Of a stretch of 64,000 nt of DNA, positions 19,941 to 31,261 are shown piece after piece. Every line of letters begins with the position of its first letter. Within the stretch, counting starts at the first letter, position 1. The DNA comes from Myxococcota bacterium (lineage in GTDB: Bacteria > Myxococcota_A > SURF-8 > G963663525). Under the pieces are notes generated by a model. That model did not search any database, was not told where the DNA came from, and was given only the letters and a program-made list of their open reading frames with translations. Where the stretch lies: NCBI GenBank assembly GCA_963676915.2, contig CAXXVK010000068.1, positions 87,210 through 151,209 of the forward strand. Direction: 5' to 3'. The translations under genes were made by a program, and so were the position numbers.

Positions 19941-20732
19941 ATGGAGGGGGTTAAGCAAATCGCGACGACGGCTCTTTCGGAACTGTTTCTCGAAAACCAT
20001 CCTCGTCATGGTCGGGTGATCTTCAAGCGAGCGCTCGAACATGCCTCTCATTCTTCCCTCGTCGCATTGTACTGGAAAAGAGAGTTCGACGCTCTGACCC
20101 GCTTTCGCCATCCGGGTATCCTTTCTTTGCTGGAGGCAGATCTCGACAGTTCACGACCGTGGTTGATGTTTCCGTATCTTGAAGCGGTGACGTTACGGGA
20201 TTTGTTGCGAACGGACCGGCCACGAACGTTGAGTGCTCTGGAGTTTTTTCAGATTCTGGATCAACTCCTGAATGCTTTGGCTACGATTCACGGGGATCAA
20301 GCGCCAAGCGAGCGGAAAACAGCCTTTCTTCATGGAGATATCAACCCTCGTAATTTGCTGATCGATGCGGAAAACCACGTCACGTTGATCGATTTCGCCC
20401 TGTGTCGTCCATCTCCCGCACCGGCAGAGGAAAAGGGATTCGTCGGACCGGGTACGCCGGAATACATGAGTCCCAGTCGCCGCAGGGGAGGGGGGTACGA
20501 TTGCAGGGACGATTTGTATGCTGTCGGTGTCATGGCCGCCAAGGCGTTGGGGATCGACTTTGAATCTTCGGATCGGTCTTTCACCCCTAAACCAAGCGCG
20601 ATCGATATGCCTCCCGCCGTGGAAGTACGAACGATTGCCTGGATTCACGGCATGCTGGAAAGCCCGGAGAATCCCGAAGCCACCGCATCGGGAATGAGTT
20701 GGAAGCTTGCGAAAATCATAGGGAATTTGTAG
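19941..20732 (+). CDS. Short atypical Ser/Thr kinase
   Basis: FK and RE (beta3 Lys, alphaC Glu), HGDINPRN, DFA, GTPEYMSP and DLYAVG; no Gly-rich loop. Confidence 0.75.
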   Translation: MEGVKQIATTALSELFLENHPRHGRVIFKRALEHASHSSLVALYWKREFDALTRFRHPGILSLLEADLDSSRPWLMFPYLEAVTLRDLLRTDRPRTLSALEFFQILDQLLNALATIHGDQAPSERKTAFLHGDINPRNLLIDAENHVTLIDFALCRPSPAPAEEKGFVGPGTPEYMSPSRRRGGGYDCRDDLYAVGVMAAKALGIDFESSDRSFTPKPSAIDMPPAVEVRTIAWIHGMLESPENPEATASGMSWKLAKIIGNL

Positions 20733-20827
20733 TTCTTGCCGATCATGGAACGGAGTGAATCAATCAAATTGATGTTTGTATTTGTTTCGTTGTAACGGCG
20801 AGGCGTAAGCCCGCCGAAAAGGATAGG

Positions 20828-20854
20828 GTAGGTCGGGTGATTCACCCGACCTGC
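20828..20854. repeat. Single GTAG-type REP hairpin, copy 2
   Basis: GTAGGTCGGGTGATTCACCCGACCTGC. Confidence 0.8.
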
Positions 20855-21035
20855 TATTTTTAAAATGGCTGATTGATTCATCTGCCATTGAAAAAATGGG
20901 AAATGTCTCCCGTATTTTGTCCTTGAATCCTTCTCAGGGGACGTTACAATAAATTCAACGTAAAAAGCTCGGTGGTTTCGAGGATGACTCGAATCGTTTG
21001 CCGAGAATCCATACTGTATCGGAAAGGATGCGATC

Positions 21036-21689
21036 ATGAAGAAAGTCGCTGTCGTTTTATCGGGATGTGGAGTCAAGGACGGTTCGGAAATTCACGAAGC
21101 GACCCTTGCGTTGCTGCATATCTCCCAGGCTGGGGCGGAATATCGCTGCTTTGCGCCCAATCGTCCGTTGCCTGAAACGATCAACCACATTTCGGGACAA
21201 TCCGGGGGCTACGAGCGCAACATGATGCTGGAATCGGCGCGAATTGCACGAGGAGAGATCGAACCGGTCGAAAACCTTAAGGTGGCCGATTTCGACGCTC
21301 TGATTTTTCCGGGTGGTCTTGGTGCGGCCAAAAATCTCAGTACGTGGTTTTCGAAGGGTGCCGAAGGCGAAGTCCTGCCGGAAGTCGCGCAGGTGATTCG
21401 AGATTTTAAAGATGCAGGCAAGCCGCAGGGATTTATCTGTATCGCTCCCAATCTTGCAGCGCTGGTTTTGGGGAAAGACCGGGTTCGCCTGACCATCGGC
21501 AACGACCCCGCGACAGCGCAGGCCATCGAGCAGACCGGAGCTGTACACGTGAATCAGGGTGTGAAGGATGTCGAAATCGATCGGAACCTCAAGGTTGTCA
21601 GCACTCCGGCCTACATGTTGGGGCCGACCATCGCCGACGTGAACGAAGGGATTGGCAAGCTGGTGCGAGCCGTATTGGAACTCGTGTAA
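21036..21689 (+). CDS. elbB: Glyoxalase ElbB (DJ-1/PfpI family)
   Basis: MKKVAVVLSGCGVKDGSEIHEA, ESARIARG, PGGLGAAKNL, ICIAP and VSTPAYM. Confidence 0.93.
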   Translation: MKKVAVVLSGCGVKDGSEIHEATLALLHISQAGAEYRCFAPNRPLPETINHISGQSGGYERNMMLESARIARGEIEPVENLKVADFDALIFPGGLGAAKNLSTWFSKGAEGEVLPEVAQVIRDFKDAGKPQGFICIAPNLAALVLGKDRVRLTIGNDPATAQAIEQTGAVHVNQGVKDVEIDRNLKVVSTPAYMLGPTIADVNEGIGKLVRAVLELV

Positions 21690-21711
21690 AAACAACAGGT
21701 TAGGAGTGGCA

Positions 21712-22174
21712 ATGGGTCGCTGGTACAGCCAGGTAGGGGAAGTGCTTGACGACTGGGGCGGAATGTTCCGGCGAAGTGGTCTTCCCACCGGTTTGTTGCC
21801 GGTGTGGGCCGAGGTTGTCGGCGAAGATGCCGCCGCCCATTGCCGTCCCGTTCGTTTGACGCGCAAAGGGGTTTTGACGATAGCGGTCAGCGATGGCGGC
21901 TGGAGCCAGGAATTGAGCTACCTACAGCCGGAAATCCTTACGAAATTGCAGGAGATTCAGGACAAACCCGTGGTTTCGTTACGATTTCATCTGGCGCCAA
22001 GAACGTTTCAATCGCATGAGCCGAAAAGAGAGCGAAACCGGACCAAAGCCGCCCTCCATCACGATGGAAGAATTCGAGAACGCTGCTCGTATCGCGACGA
22101 CATTCAAGAACGGACGAATTCGCGATACCCTGCTTTCGGCGCTGATGCGGAGATTGAAGCCGGGAGGCTGGTAG
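21712..22174 (+). CDS. dciA: DUF721/DciA-family protein; apparent frameshift near 22035
   Basis: WAEVVGEDAAAHCRP...GVLTIAVSDGGWSQELSYLQPEILTKL. The alternative frame gives a helical tail ...RIRDTLLSALMRRLKPGGW* ending at 22174; the ORF-track end is 22218. Confidence 0.72.
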
Positions 22175-22268
22175 ATTTTTACTCCCGAACGGTTGTGTCT
22201 CAAGAAGGGTTCGAGTAAGATCCCGGACGGAAACGCGAATGGAAAGAAGGAAATAAGCGAGGCAAACT

Positions 22269-22711
22269 ATGAAGCGATGGGTTAATGGAATCGGTGTTGT
22301 GGCGTTGGCGATGGTTTTTGCTTGGATGCCTCTTGCTATTGCCGGGAACGGAAAAGCCTGCAAACTCTACCGACACAAGTTACACCTTCGACATGACGGC
22401 CTCGAAGGCTGTGCAGAAAAAAGGTGAAATTCACCTGACGATCACAGCGTCGAAAGGCTATCAGATCAAGCCGCCCAGTCCGCTGAAAATCAAACTGCAA
22501 CCTTCCAAAGGCGTTCAACTGGCCAAAACCAAACTCGGTTGGGATGACGCCAAGGTCGAGAAAAAGAAAAAAGTCGAAGTGAAAACCGGGTACACCCTCG
22601 AAACATCCGGAACCACCCAATCCACCGGTGCAGGCGAACATCCGTTTCGCGCTCTGCGACGACAAAGGCTGCTACCTGAAAAACGTCAAACACCAGGTGG
22701 TGATTCCGTAG
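22269..22711 (+). CDS. Small exported protein with a C-terminal CxxxxC (DsbD-alpha-like); two apparent frameshifts
   Basis: Stitched reading: signal MKRWVNGIGVVALAMVFAWMPLAIA, body ...GEIHLTITASKGYQIKPPSPLKIKL..., tail IRFALCDDKGCYLKNVKHQVVIP*. Confidence 0.55.
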
Positions 22712-23426
22712 AAGATCGTCTACATGTGCAAGATGTTTTCTTTTTTGGGGCAAAAAAAGCGTTAAATTTCCCTCATTCGTTCACGGAAACGTCAAAATAT
22801 CCCCAGAGATTTCAGAGAAGTTCCCCAAATTAGGCACACCAAAGATGTGCAAAACAGGCTGCACCAATATAGGGGTTATAGGGGATGTTTGTTGGCGGTA
22901 GTATAATTTACTAGTGAGGCGAAAATATAACGCGCTGCGGCGATTTTCTGCCTGTGAGGCGAGAAATTTCGTTTGGAGAGTGCCAATTTTCCAGAAAAAG
23001 AGGCATATGTGGAACGACTTTTTATACTTTTATTGCGATTTTACGATCATTTTGTAAGTTCTTGAATATAGGAGTGAAAATATGCCTTATCTGCGTTGGA
23101 AGTGCTGATTATTCTCCGATATTTCGTCGGAATGATAAAAAAAATGTGAAAATTCCCAAAAAAAATGATAGGAACCCTAGATATGCGCAAGACGTTGTGT
23201 TAGTGTCTGACGCAACGCATCCTCATTTGGAAGTATGAAGTTATATGGATTGTTGAGGCACGAGGAGTAGACGGATTCGACGGCTGGGCACTCGCTTCAA
23301 AGCCGTTCCCATAAAGAAAATACTCAACCAATCGATACAACGGATGTTTTTGTCAAATGCACTGAATGAGGATTCATTCAGTCGGCCTGACACGAAGCGG
23401 ACCCCGGAAGCATGGAGTAGAAAAAG

Positions 23427-24754
23427 ATGATCGAACCAAACGTGACACTTGAAATCGGCCAGAGAAAGAGCGATTTGAAGTCGAAGGCCATGGCAATGCT
23501 GCCCGAGGGCGGCAACTTGGACCTCTGCTTCACCTGCGGAACCTGCACGAGCGGTTGTCCCGCCAGCGGTCTTTTCGGGATGGACCCCCGCAAATTCCTG
23601 CGGATGGTTCTGCTCGGCATGGACGAGGAAGTGATGCAGTCCCCCTGGATCTGGATCTGCACGATGTGCCAGCGCTGCATCAGCGCTTGTCCGATGAAAA
23701 TCGACATTCCGCGCCTCGTGTTTTTACGCCCGGACTCAGGTTCCTCGTGAAGAACGCCCGCAAGGTATTCTGCAATCCTGCAACAAGCACCTCGAGTCCA
23801 AAGGCGGCGCGATGGGCATTCCGAAGGAAGACTTCGTGTACGTCGTGGAAGACGTGCTGGAGGAGACCCAGGAAGAGCAGCCGGAATTCGCGGACATGCT
23901 GGCTCCGATCGACAAAGAAGGCTCGCTGATCATGCTCAACCAGAACAGCCGCGAGCCGGTGCTGGGAACCGGAAGAAATGGTGCCGCTGTGGAAGATCCT
24001 CCACACGGTCGGCGCGGACTGGACGTATTCGAGCCACTTCTGGGGCGGTGAAAACTATTGCATGTTCCTGGCCGACGACACCAACTGGGAAGCGATCATT
24101 CGCGAGCAGGTTCGTATGGCCGATGAAGTGCTGGGCGTGAAATACTACGTCAACACCGAGTGTGGTCATAGCTTCTACGCGATCTGGGAAGCTCTCAGGA
24201 AATTCAAGATTCCCCACAAGTTCGAATTCAAACACATCGTGGAACTCTACGCCGAGTGGATGAAAGCCGGAAAACTCAAAGTCAGTTCCGATTGGAACAA
24301 AGAGTTGGGCATCAAGTTCACCTGCCAAGACCCCTGCCAGGCGACGCGCAAAACCTTGGGAGATTACTTCGCCCAGTGTCAACGCTACGTGATCAAGCAG
24401 TGTGTCGGCGAAGAAAACTTCATCGATATGGTTCCCAACAGTGTAGACAACTACTGCTGCGGTGGTGGTGGCGGAACCCTGCAAACCAACTTCACCAAGG
24501 AACGTCTGACTTACGGCAAGACCAAGTTCGATCAGATCGACGCGACCGGTGCTCAGTACTGTGTTACGCCTTGCCACAACTGCCACTCGCAGATTCACGA
24601 ATTGCAGGAACATTTCGAAGGAAAATACAAAACCATCCATCTTTGGACTCTGGTCTGCCTGGCCATGGGCAAACTCGGCCCCAACGAGAGAACGTATCTT
24701 GGCCCGGACCTTGAGGAAGTCAATCTGCCGGCTTCGACGAACGAAGGAGAGTAA
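23427..24754 (+). CDS. HdrD/DsrK-like Fe-S oxidoreductase (2x[4Fe-4S] plus CCG domain); frameshifts near 23725 and 23965
   Basis: CFTCGTCTSGCP and CTMCQRCISACP, then NTECGH, QDPC, CCGGGGG and PCHNC. Three ORF pieces join on removing one T and one G from homopolymers. Confidence 0.85.
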
Positions 24755-24757
24755 CCC

Positions 24758-27700
24758 ATGCCAGACAACGTGATTGGTTCCGTCATGGTGGCCGGTGGCG
24801 GCATTGCGGGAATTCAGGCGTCCCTGGATCTCGCGAACAGCGGCTACCATGTGTATTTGGTCGAGAAGAAAAGCTCCATCGGTGGTGTTATGGCCCAGTT
24901 GGACAAAACCTTCCCGACCAATGACTGCTCGATGTGCATCATGTCGCCGAAACTCGTGGAAGTCGGACGGCACAAGAACATCGAAATCATCACCCTTGCG
25001 GACATCGAGTCGATCGAAGGCGAAAAAGGGCATTTTCAGGTCAAATTGCTCCAAAAGCCCCGCTACGTCGATCCCGACAAATGTATTGCTTGCGGTGCCT
25101 GCACCGAAAAATGCCCGATGCGCCGAATCCCCGACGAATACAACGCCGGGCTTTCCAACCGTCGCGCCATTCATATCATGTATCCCCAGGCTGTTCCGCT
25201 CAAGTACGTCATCGACCCGGAATACTGCCTGAAGATCCGTAAGGACAAATGCGGCAAATGTGCGACCGTTTGTCCCAAAGACGCGATCAACTACAACGAT
25301 ACGGAAAAACATCTGCAACTCGATGTCGGTTCGATCATTCTCGCTCCCGGCTTCGAAGCCTTCGACGCCGAAGTGCTGCGTCCCTACCACTACGGGCGGC
25401 ATAAAAACGTCGTTACCTCGGTCGAGTTCGAACGTATGCTCAGCGCTTCCGGTCCTACCGGTGGACACCTCAAGCGTGCGTCCGATGGCGCTGACCCGAA
25501 GAAAATCGCCTGGTTGCAGTGCGTCGGTTCGCGTGATATCAACCGCGCCAAGAACGCTCACTGCTCCTCGGTGTGCTGTATGTACGCCATCAAAGAAGCG
25601 ATCATCGCCAAAGAGCACGCCGGAGATTCGCTCGACTGCTCGGTCTTCTTTATGGATATGCGTACCCATGGCAAAGACTTCGAAGCCTGTTACAACGACG
25701 CGAAGCACAAGCACGACATCGATTTCATCCGTACGCGGGTGCACTCGGTAACGCCGATTGACGACGATACGCTGGAGTTGGCCTATATTAATGACAACGG
25801 CGAGATGGAAAAAGACGTGTTCGATATCGTCGTGCTGTCCGTTGGCCTGCAAAGCAGCAAAGAAATGATCGACCTGGCCGGGAAAGCCGAGATCGACCTT
25901 ACCCAAAGCAGCTTCTGCAAGACCGCTTCGTTCAGCCCCGTGAAATCTTCTCGCGACGGCATTTACGTCTGTGGCGCGTTCTCGGGTCCGAAAGACATTC
26001 CTCAATCGGTGATCGAAGCCTCTTCGGCGGCCCAATGTGCCGGTTCCGATCTGATCGAGGCACGCGGTTCCCAGGAAACCGAAGTCGAGCCGACGCCGCA
26101 ACTGAACGTCTTCAACGAAAGCCCGCGTGTCGGCGTGTTCGTCTGCCACTGCGGAACCAACATCGGCGGTATCGTGGATGTCGAGTCCGTGGCCGAGTAC
26201 GCCAAGACGCTGCCCAACGTGGAATACGCGACGACCAACATGTACACCTGCTCGCAGGATACCCAAGAGTTGATCGCCAACACCATCCGCGAACAGAAAC
26301 TCAATCGTGTGGTCGTGGCCGCTTGTACGCCGAAGACCCACGAAGCCCTGTTCCAGGAGACGATGGAAGCGGCGGGACTGAACAAATACCTGTTCGAGTT
26401 CGCCAACATCCGTAACCACGTCTCGTGGGTACATAAAGACAATCCCGCGCTCGCCACGCAGAAATCCAACGATCTCGTGAAAATGGCGGTCGCCAAAGTG
26501 GCCTGCCTCGAACCGCTCGACGAACCGCCGAGCTGGAAATCGATCCTTCCGCCCTCGTCATCGGCGGCGGCGTGTCCGGTATGGCGGCGGCCCGTGGGTT
26601 GTCGGCTCAGGGATATCCCGTGCATCTCGTGGAACGGGAATCCGAACTCGGTGGACAGTCTCTCGACCTCTACAAAACCTGGCAGGGCGAGGACATTCAG
26701 CAGAGCGTTTCCAACCTGATCGACGAAGTGATGCGCGACGACCGGATCGTGGTTCATCTCGACACGACGCTGGAACACGTCGATGGTTTCGTGGGGAACT
26801 TCACCTCCACACTCAAGACCGGCGACGCGGAAAAACAGATCAAGCACGGTGTGACGATCATCGCCACCGGTGCCAAAGCCTACAAGCCCAACGAATATCT
26901 CTACGGTGAGGATCGGCGCGTCCTGACGCATCAGGAACTCGACCGCCGCTTCATCGAAGACGATCCGGAACTGGCCAAGGTTCAAACGGCCGTGTTCATT
27001 CAATGTGTCGGTTCCCGCGAGCCGCAACGGCCATATTGCTCCCGCGTTTGCTGTACGCATACGATGGAAAACGCCATCCAGCTCAAAAAACGCAATCCCG
27101 ACATGAAGGTTTTCGTCCTGTATCGCGATATCCGCACTTACGGCGAACGCGAACGGCTGTACCAGAAAGCCCGCGAAATGGGTGTGATTTTCATCCGTTT
27201 CGGCCTGGAGAACAAGCCGGTGGTCGAGGCCAAAGAAGACGGCCTGGCCATCACCGTCGAAGATCACGTGCTCCACATGCCCGTCACCATCAAGGCCGAC
27301 ATGCTGGCCCTGGCAACGGCGATCCAGCCTCACAACAATACGAAGCTCGGACAGCAGTTCAAGGTGTCGGTCAATCAGGACGGTTTCTTCCTCGAATCCC
27401 ACGTCAAACTCGCGCCTTCCGATTTCGCCACCGATGGCGTTTTCCTCTGCGGTATGGCGCATTATCCCAAGCCCATCGATGAAGCCATTGCCCAGGCGCA
27501 GGCGGCGTCCTCTCGGGCCACGACCCTTTTGGCTCGGCAGAAAATCTCCATCAGCGGCAATGTCCTCCTACGTCAAGCCGGAAGACTGCGCCGGATGCGG
27601 AACCTGCATCGACCAATGCCCCTACAACGCGGCAAGCTTCATCACCGAAGGTCCGTGGGCCGGACGTTCCCAGATCAATCCGATGCTCTGCAAGGGCTGC

Positions 27701-27793
27701 GGACTGTGCATGGCGTCCTGTCGGTCGGGTGCGATTCAGCTGAAGGGATTCGACGAGAACCAGGTCATGATTCAAATCGCGGAGGCATTGTAA
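24758..27793 (+). CDS. hdrA: Heterodisulfide reductase subunit A, ~1010-aa two-module form; frameshifts near 26527 and 27563
   Basis: GGGIAG, DKTFPTNDCSMC, ferredoxin motifs, QCVGSRD/CSSVCCMYA, GPKDIP, VFVCHCG, AACTP, a second GGGVSG/QCVGSR module and a C-terminal 2x[4Fe-4S] domain. Confidence 0.92.
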
Positions 27794-27795
27794 TT

Positions 27796-28273
27796 ATGAA
27801 TACCAATACCCAAGTGCAGAAACCGGATGCCCCTGACGCCACTGAGGCGTGGGAGCCGAAAATCGTAGCGTTTTTCTGCAACTGGTGCACCTACGGGGCC
27901 GCCGACCTCGCGGGGCGTCAACCGCTTGCAGTATCCGCCGAACTTCAAAGTGATTCGCGTGCCCTGTTCCGGCCGGATCAGCCCGAAACTGATTCTCCAG
28001 GCATTCCGCAACGGCGCGGACGGCGTGTGGATTTCCGGCTGTCACCCTGGAGATTGCCATTACATCGAAGGCAACCTCTACGCTCGGCGACGGTTCACGA
28101 TGTTCCGTGAAATGCTGAAATACATCGGCATCGAAGAAAAACGCCTGAACTTCTCGTGGATCAGCGCGGCGGAAGGCACCAAGTTCGCCGAAGTGGCGAA
28201 GGAAGTCATCAACGATGTGAAAGCGCTGGGGCCGGCGCAGAAACTCATCAAGCGGAAGGCCGAGGTGGAATAA
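27796..28273 (+). CDS. flxD: MvhD/FlxD [2Fe-2S] subunit; frameshift near 27912
   Basis: FFCNWCTYGAAD, RVPCSGR, GADGV, GCHPGDCHY and WISAAEG. Confidence 0.88.
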
Positions 28274-29229
28274 TGCAACAATATACCGAAACCATTCGGG
28301 ATATCGCGAAGAAACTGTTCGACGCCGGAGATATCGAAGCCTTCATCGGCTATCGAAAAGGCTCCGTGCCGATGACCAACCGCCCGGTGGCGATTCGCAA
28401 GGCCGAAGATGTCGAAACCCTGATCTGGGACAGCCATTGCGCGCTGAACCTCGCCAATTACGTGCGGGAGCACAAAGGCAAAATCGCCGTGCTGGCTACG
28501 GGCTGCAACTCTCGTAACCTCGTCATGCACTTGCAAGAGCACCAGGTCGAGCGCGAAAACCTGCACATCATCGGGATTCCCTGCACCGGCATGGTGGATC
28601 ACCGAGCGATTAAAAAGGCGATTGGCGATAAAGATATTCTCGAAGTCAGCGAAGACGCGGACGGCGAGACGATCATCGTCAAGGGAAAAGATTTTGAAGA
28701 AAGCTTCAAAAAATCGGACGTTTTGCAACGAAACTGCAAAAGCTGCAAACATCCCAATCCCGTCATTTACGATGAACTGGTTGCCGAACTCGTGCCCGAA
28801 CCGGAAAACGCCCCGGCCTGCGAAGATGTCGAGGCTGTGGAAAAGATGGAGCCGGAAGAGCGCTGGGCGCACTTCGAAGGCATGTTCGACAACTGCATCC
28901 GCTGCTATGCTTGTCGCAACGCCTGCCCGCTGTGCTACTGCCCGACCTGTTTTGTAGACGAAAACCGTCCCCAGTGGGTTGGAAAGAGCACGGACCCGAC
29001 CGATACGATGACCTTCCACTTCCTCAGAGCTTTCCACATGGCCGGTCGCTGCACCGACTGCGGAGCTTGCGAGCGCGTTTGTCCGGTGGACATTCCACTG
29101 AAGTACTTGACGAACAAGCTCAACAAGGAAGCCTTGGCGATCTACGGTTATGAAGCGGGGATGGACCCTGAAGCCAAACCGCTGTTGGACAAGTACAAGA
29201 TGACGGATCTCAACGATTTCATACGCTAA
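28273..29229 (+). CDS. flxC: FlxC-type 4Fe-4S protein
   Basis: CIRCYACRNACPLCYC and HMAGRCTDCGACERVCP; start overlaps the flxD stop (TAATG). Confidence 0.8.
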   Translation: MQQYTETIRDIAKKLFDAGDIEAFIGYRKGSVPMTNRPVAIRKAEDVETLIWDSHCALNLANYVREHKGKIAVLATGCNSRNLVMHLQEHQVERENLHIIGIPCTGMVDHRAIKKAIGDKDILEVSEDADGETIIVKGKDFEESFKKSDVLQRNCKSCKHPNPVIYDELVAELVPEPENAPACEDVEAVEKMEPEERWAHFEGMFDNCIRCYACRNACPLCYCPTCFVDENRPQWVGKSTDPTDTMTFHFLRAFHMAGRCTDCGACERVCPVDIPLKYLTNKLNKEALAIYGYEAGMDPEAKPLLDKYKMTDLNDFIR

Positions 29230-29240
29230 GGAACATCGGC

Positions 29241-30293
29241 ATGACACGCAAAGTCTATACGAAAGAAGAATGGCAAAGCGCGGTGACCCGGCTCGCCGAG
29301 AACCGTCGCGTCTTCGCTCCGGCGAAAGAAAAGCAATATACGGCGTTCAAAAAGGTAAACGGCCAGAACGATTTCGACTTCGATACGCTCAAGACCCGGC
29401 TGTCGCCCAAAGGTGCCGTTTTCCCGCAATCGGAGCGCATGTTCGAATTTTCGCTGAATCCCCAGGATGCGGATTCCGGCATTATGCACGAAGCTCCCAA
29501 GGGTCACGAACCCCAGGTCGTTTTCGGTCTGCGTCCCTGTGACGCGATGTCGTTCAAGCTGGTTCAACCCAACTTCGACAACGCCGAGTACCGCGATCCC
29601 TGGTGGACGGACCGTTACGAAGCAACGACCTTCGTTGGATTGGGATGCAACCAACCTCGTCAGACCTGCTTCTGCACCAGCGTCGGTTCCGGTCCTTTCT
29701 CCGAAAAGGGTCTGGATGCCATCGCCTATGATCTGGGTGATGACATTCTCCTCAAGGCCGTTACGGAAAAAGGCGAAGAACTGCTGAAAACTCTGGAAGG
29801 TGGAAAAGAAGCCGCCGACGAAGCCGTCAAGGCTGCGGAACATTTGGCCCAGGAAGCGGAAAAGAACGTCCCCTCCGCCGTCGAAACGGACGGATTGAAG
29901 GATGTGGGCGAAAAGGCTCTGTTCGACGCCGATTTCTGGAAAGAAAACTTCGACGGTTGCATCAACTGTGGTGCTTGCACCTATGCCTGTCCCACCTGCT
30001 GGTGTTTCGACATTCAGGACGAAACCTACAAGGGTGACGGCCTTCGGATGCGCAACTGGGATTCCTGCATGTTCCCGCTGTTCACCAAACACGGCATGGG
30101 ACACAATCCGCGTGGCGATAAATATATGCGCGTACGCCAGCGCTTTATGCATAAATTCAAGTACTACCTCGAAAAATACAACGAGGGACCGCTGTGCGTC
30201 GGTTGTGGCCGCTGTGTCGATGTATGCCCGGCCAATATCGATATTCGAGAAGCCGTTCGTCTGATGAACCACTATTCGAAACAAGGACATTGA
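29241..30293 (+). CDS. flxB: FlxB (AsrA-like) 4Fe-4S protein
   Basis: GLRPCD, CFCTS, CINCGACTYACPTCWCF, RNWDSC and CVGCGRCVDVCP. Confidence 0.85.
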   Translation: MTRKVYTKEEWQSAVTRLAENRRVFAPAKEKQYTAFKKVNGQNDFDFDTLKTRLSPKGAVFPQSERMFEFSLNPQDADSGIMHEAPKGHEPQVVFGLRPCDAMSFKLVQPNFDNAEYRDPWWTDRYEATTFVGLGCNQPRQTCFCTSVGSGPFSEKGLDAIAYDLGDDILLKAVTEKGEELLKTLEGGKEAADEAVKAAEHLAQEAEKNVPSAVETDGLKDVGEKALFDADFWKENFDGCINCGACTYACPTCWCFDIQDETYKGDGLRMRNWDSCMFPLFTKHGMGHNPRGDKYMRVRQRFMHKFKYYLEKYNEGPLCVGCGRCVDVCPANIDIREAVRLMNHYSKQGH

Positions 30294-30294
30294 C

Positions 30295-31182
30295 ATGGTT
30301 ACGTTGACCCACAAGCATTGCCACTGCAAGTCGAATCCGTTTATGCCGTATCCGATGGAAATCGCGGAAGTGATCGACGAAACGGCGGATCGCAGCCTGA
30401 AGACCTTCAAGCTGACGTTCCGCAACGAAGAAGATCGCGAAAAGTTTTCCTTCATTCCCGGCCAGTTCGCGGAAATCTCCATTCCCGGACAGGGAGAAAT
30501 CCCCATCGGTATCGCTTCTTCGCCGACCGAAGAAGGCTTTTTGTACTTCACCGTACAGAAAGTCGGTTCGGTAACCACCCACCTGCATAACATGAAGCCC
30601 GGTAGCGTGGTCGGTATTCGCGGTCCGTTGGGCAACTGGTACCCCTGGAAAGAGATGGAAGGCAAAAACGTCGTCATCATCGGTGGTGGCTGTGCGTTCT
30701 CGACCCTGCGTTCCAGCATCGTTTACATGCTCGACAAGGCCAACCGCTCGAAGTTCAAAGACATCCATGCCGTGTACGGTGCGCGTAGCCTGGGACACCT
30801 GATCTACCGTGACGAGATCACCGCCTGGACCGAGCGCGACGACATCAACATGCACATCACCGTGGATGCCATGGGTGAAAAAGACGAAGAGCCGGGTTGG
30901 CGTTGCAGCGTCGGATTCGTACCGACCATCGTCAAAGAGAAAATCACCGACGCCACCGATTCGATCGCAATCGTGTGCGGACCTCCGGCGATGATCCGCT
31001 TCACGCAGCCCGTGTTGAAGGCCGTGGGATTCCCGGACGATCGCATCATCCTTTCCCTGGAAAACCGGATGAAATGCGGTGTCGGCATGTGCGGTCGTTG
31101 CAACGTGGGCGACAAGCTCGTTTGCAAAGACGGCCCGGTCTTTTCGCTGGCCGAACTGGGAGAATTGCCCTCCGATTACTGA
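30295..31182 (+). CDS. flxA: FlxA FAD/NAD(P)-binding subunit (AsrB/PyrK-like)
   Basis: PGQF, RGPLGN, IGGG, CGPP and ENRMKCGVGMCGRC...VCKDGPVF. Confidence 0.87.
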   Translation: MVTLTHKHCHCKSNPFMPYPMEIAEVIDETADRSLKTFKLTFRNEEDREKFSFIPGQFAEISIPGQGEIPIGIASSPTEEGFLYFTVQKVGSVTTHLHNMKPGSVVGIRGPLGNWYPWKEMEGKNVVIIGGGCAFSTLRSSIVYMLDKANRSKFKDIHAVYGARSLGHLIYRDEITAWTERDDINMHITVDAMGEKDEEPGWRCSVGFVPTIVKEKITDATDSIAIVCGPPAMIRFTQPVLKAVGFPDDRIILSLENRMKCGVGMCGRCNVGDKLVCKDGPVFSLAELGELPSDY

Positions 31183-31215
31183 GATCAGAACGAATCTCGT
31201 TCCGATTGATCTTTC

Positions 31216-31261
31216 AAGCCGTCGGTTTCAACGGTAAACGTTGCAAATCGGCGGCTTTTTG
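31216..31261 (+). terminator. Probable terminator after the hdr-flx operon
   Basis: AAGCCGTCGGTTT...AAATCGGCGGCTT followed by TTT. Confidence 0.6.

Noticed and set aside
23936-26434. 832-aa antisense ORF, and similar long antisense ORFs over dusB, ahcY, metK, glpAB and the lipoprotein
   Set aside because: Shadow frames of strongly codon-biased genes; no motifs or RBS.
24758-28273. Selenocysteine recoding in HdrA or FlxD
   Set aside because: The relevant positions are TGC/TGT codons; the ORF breaks are frameshifts, not in-frame TGA.
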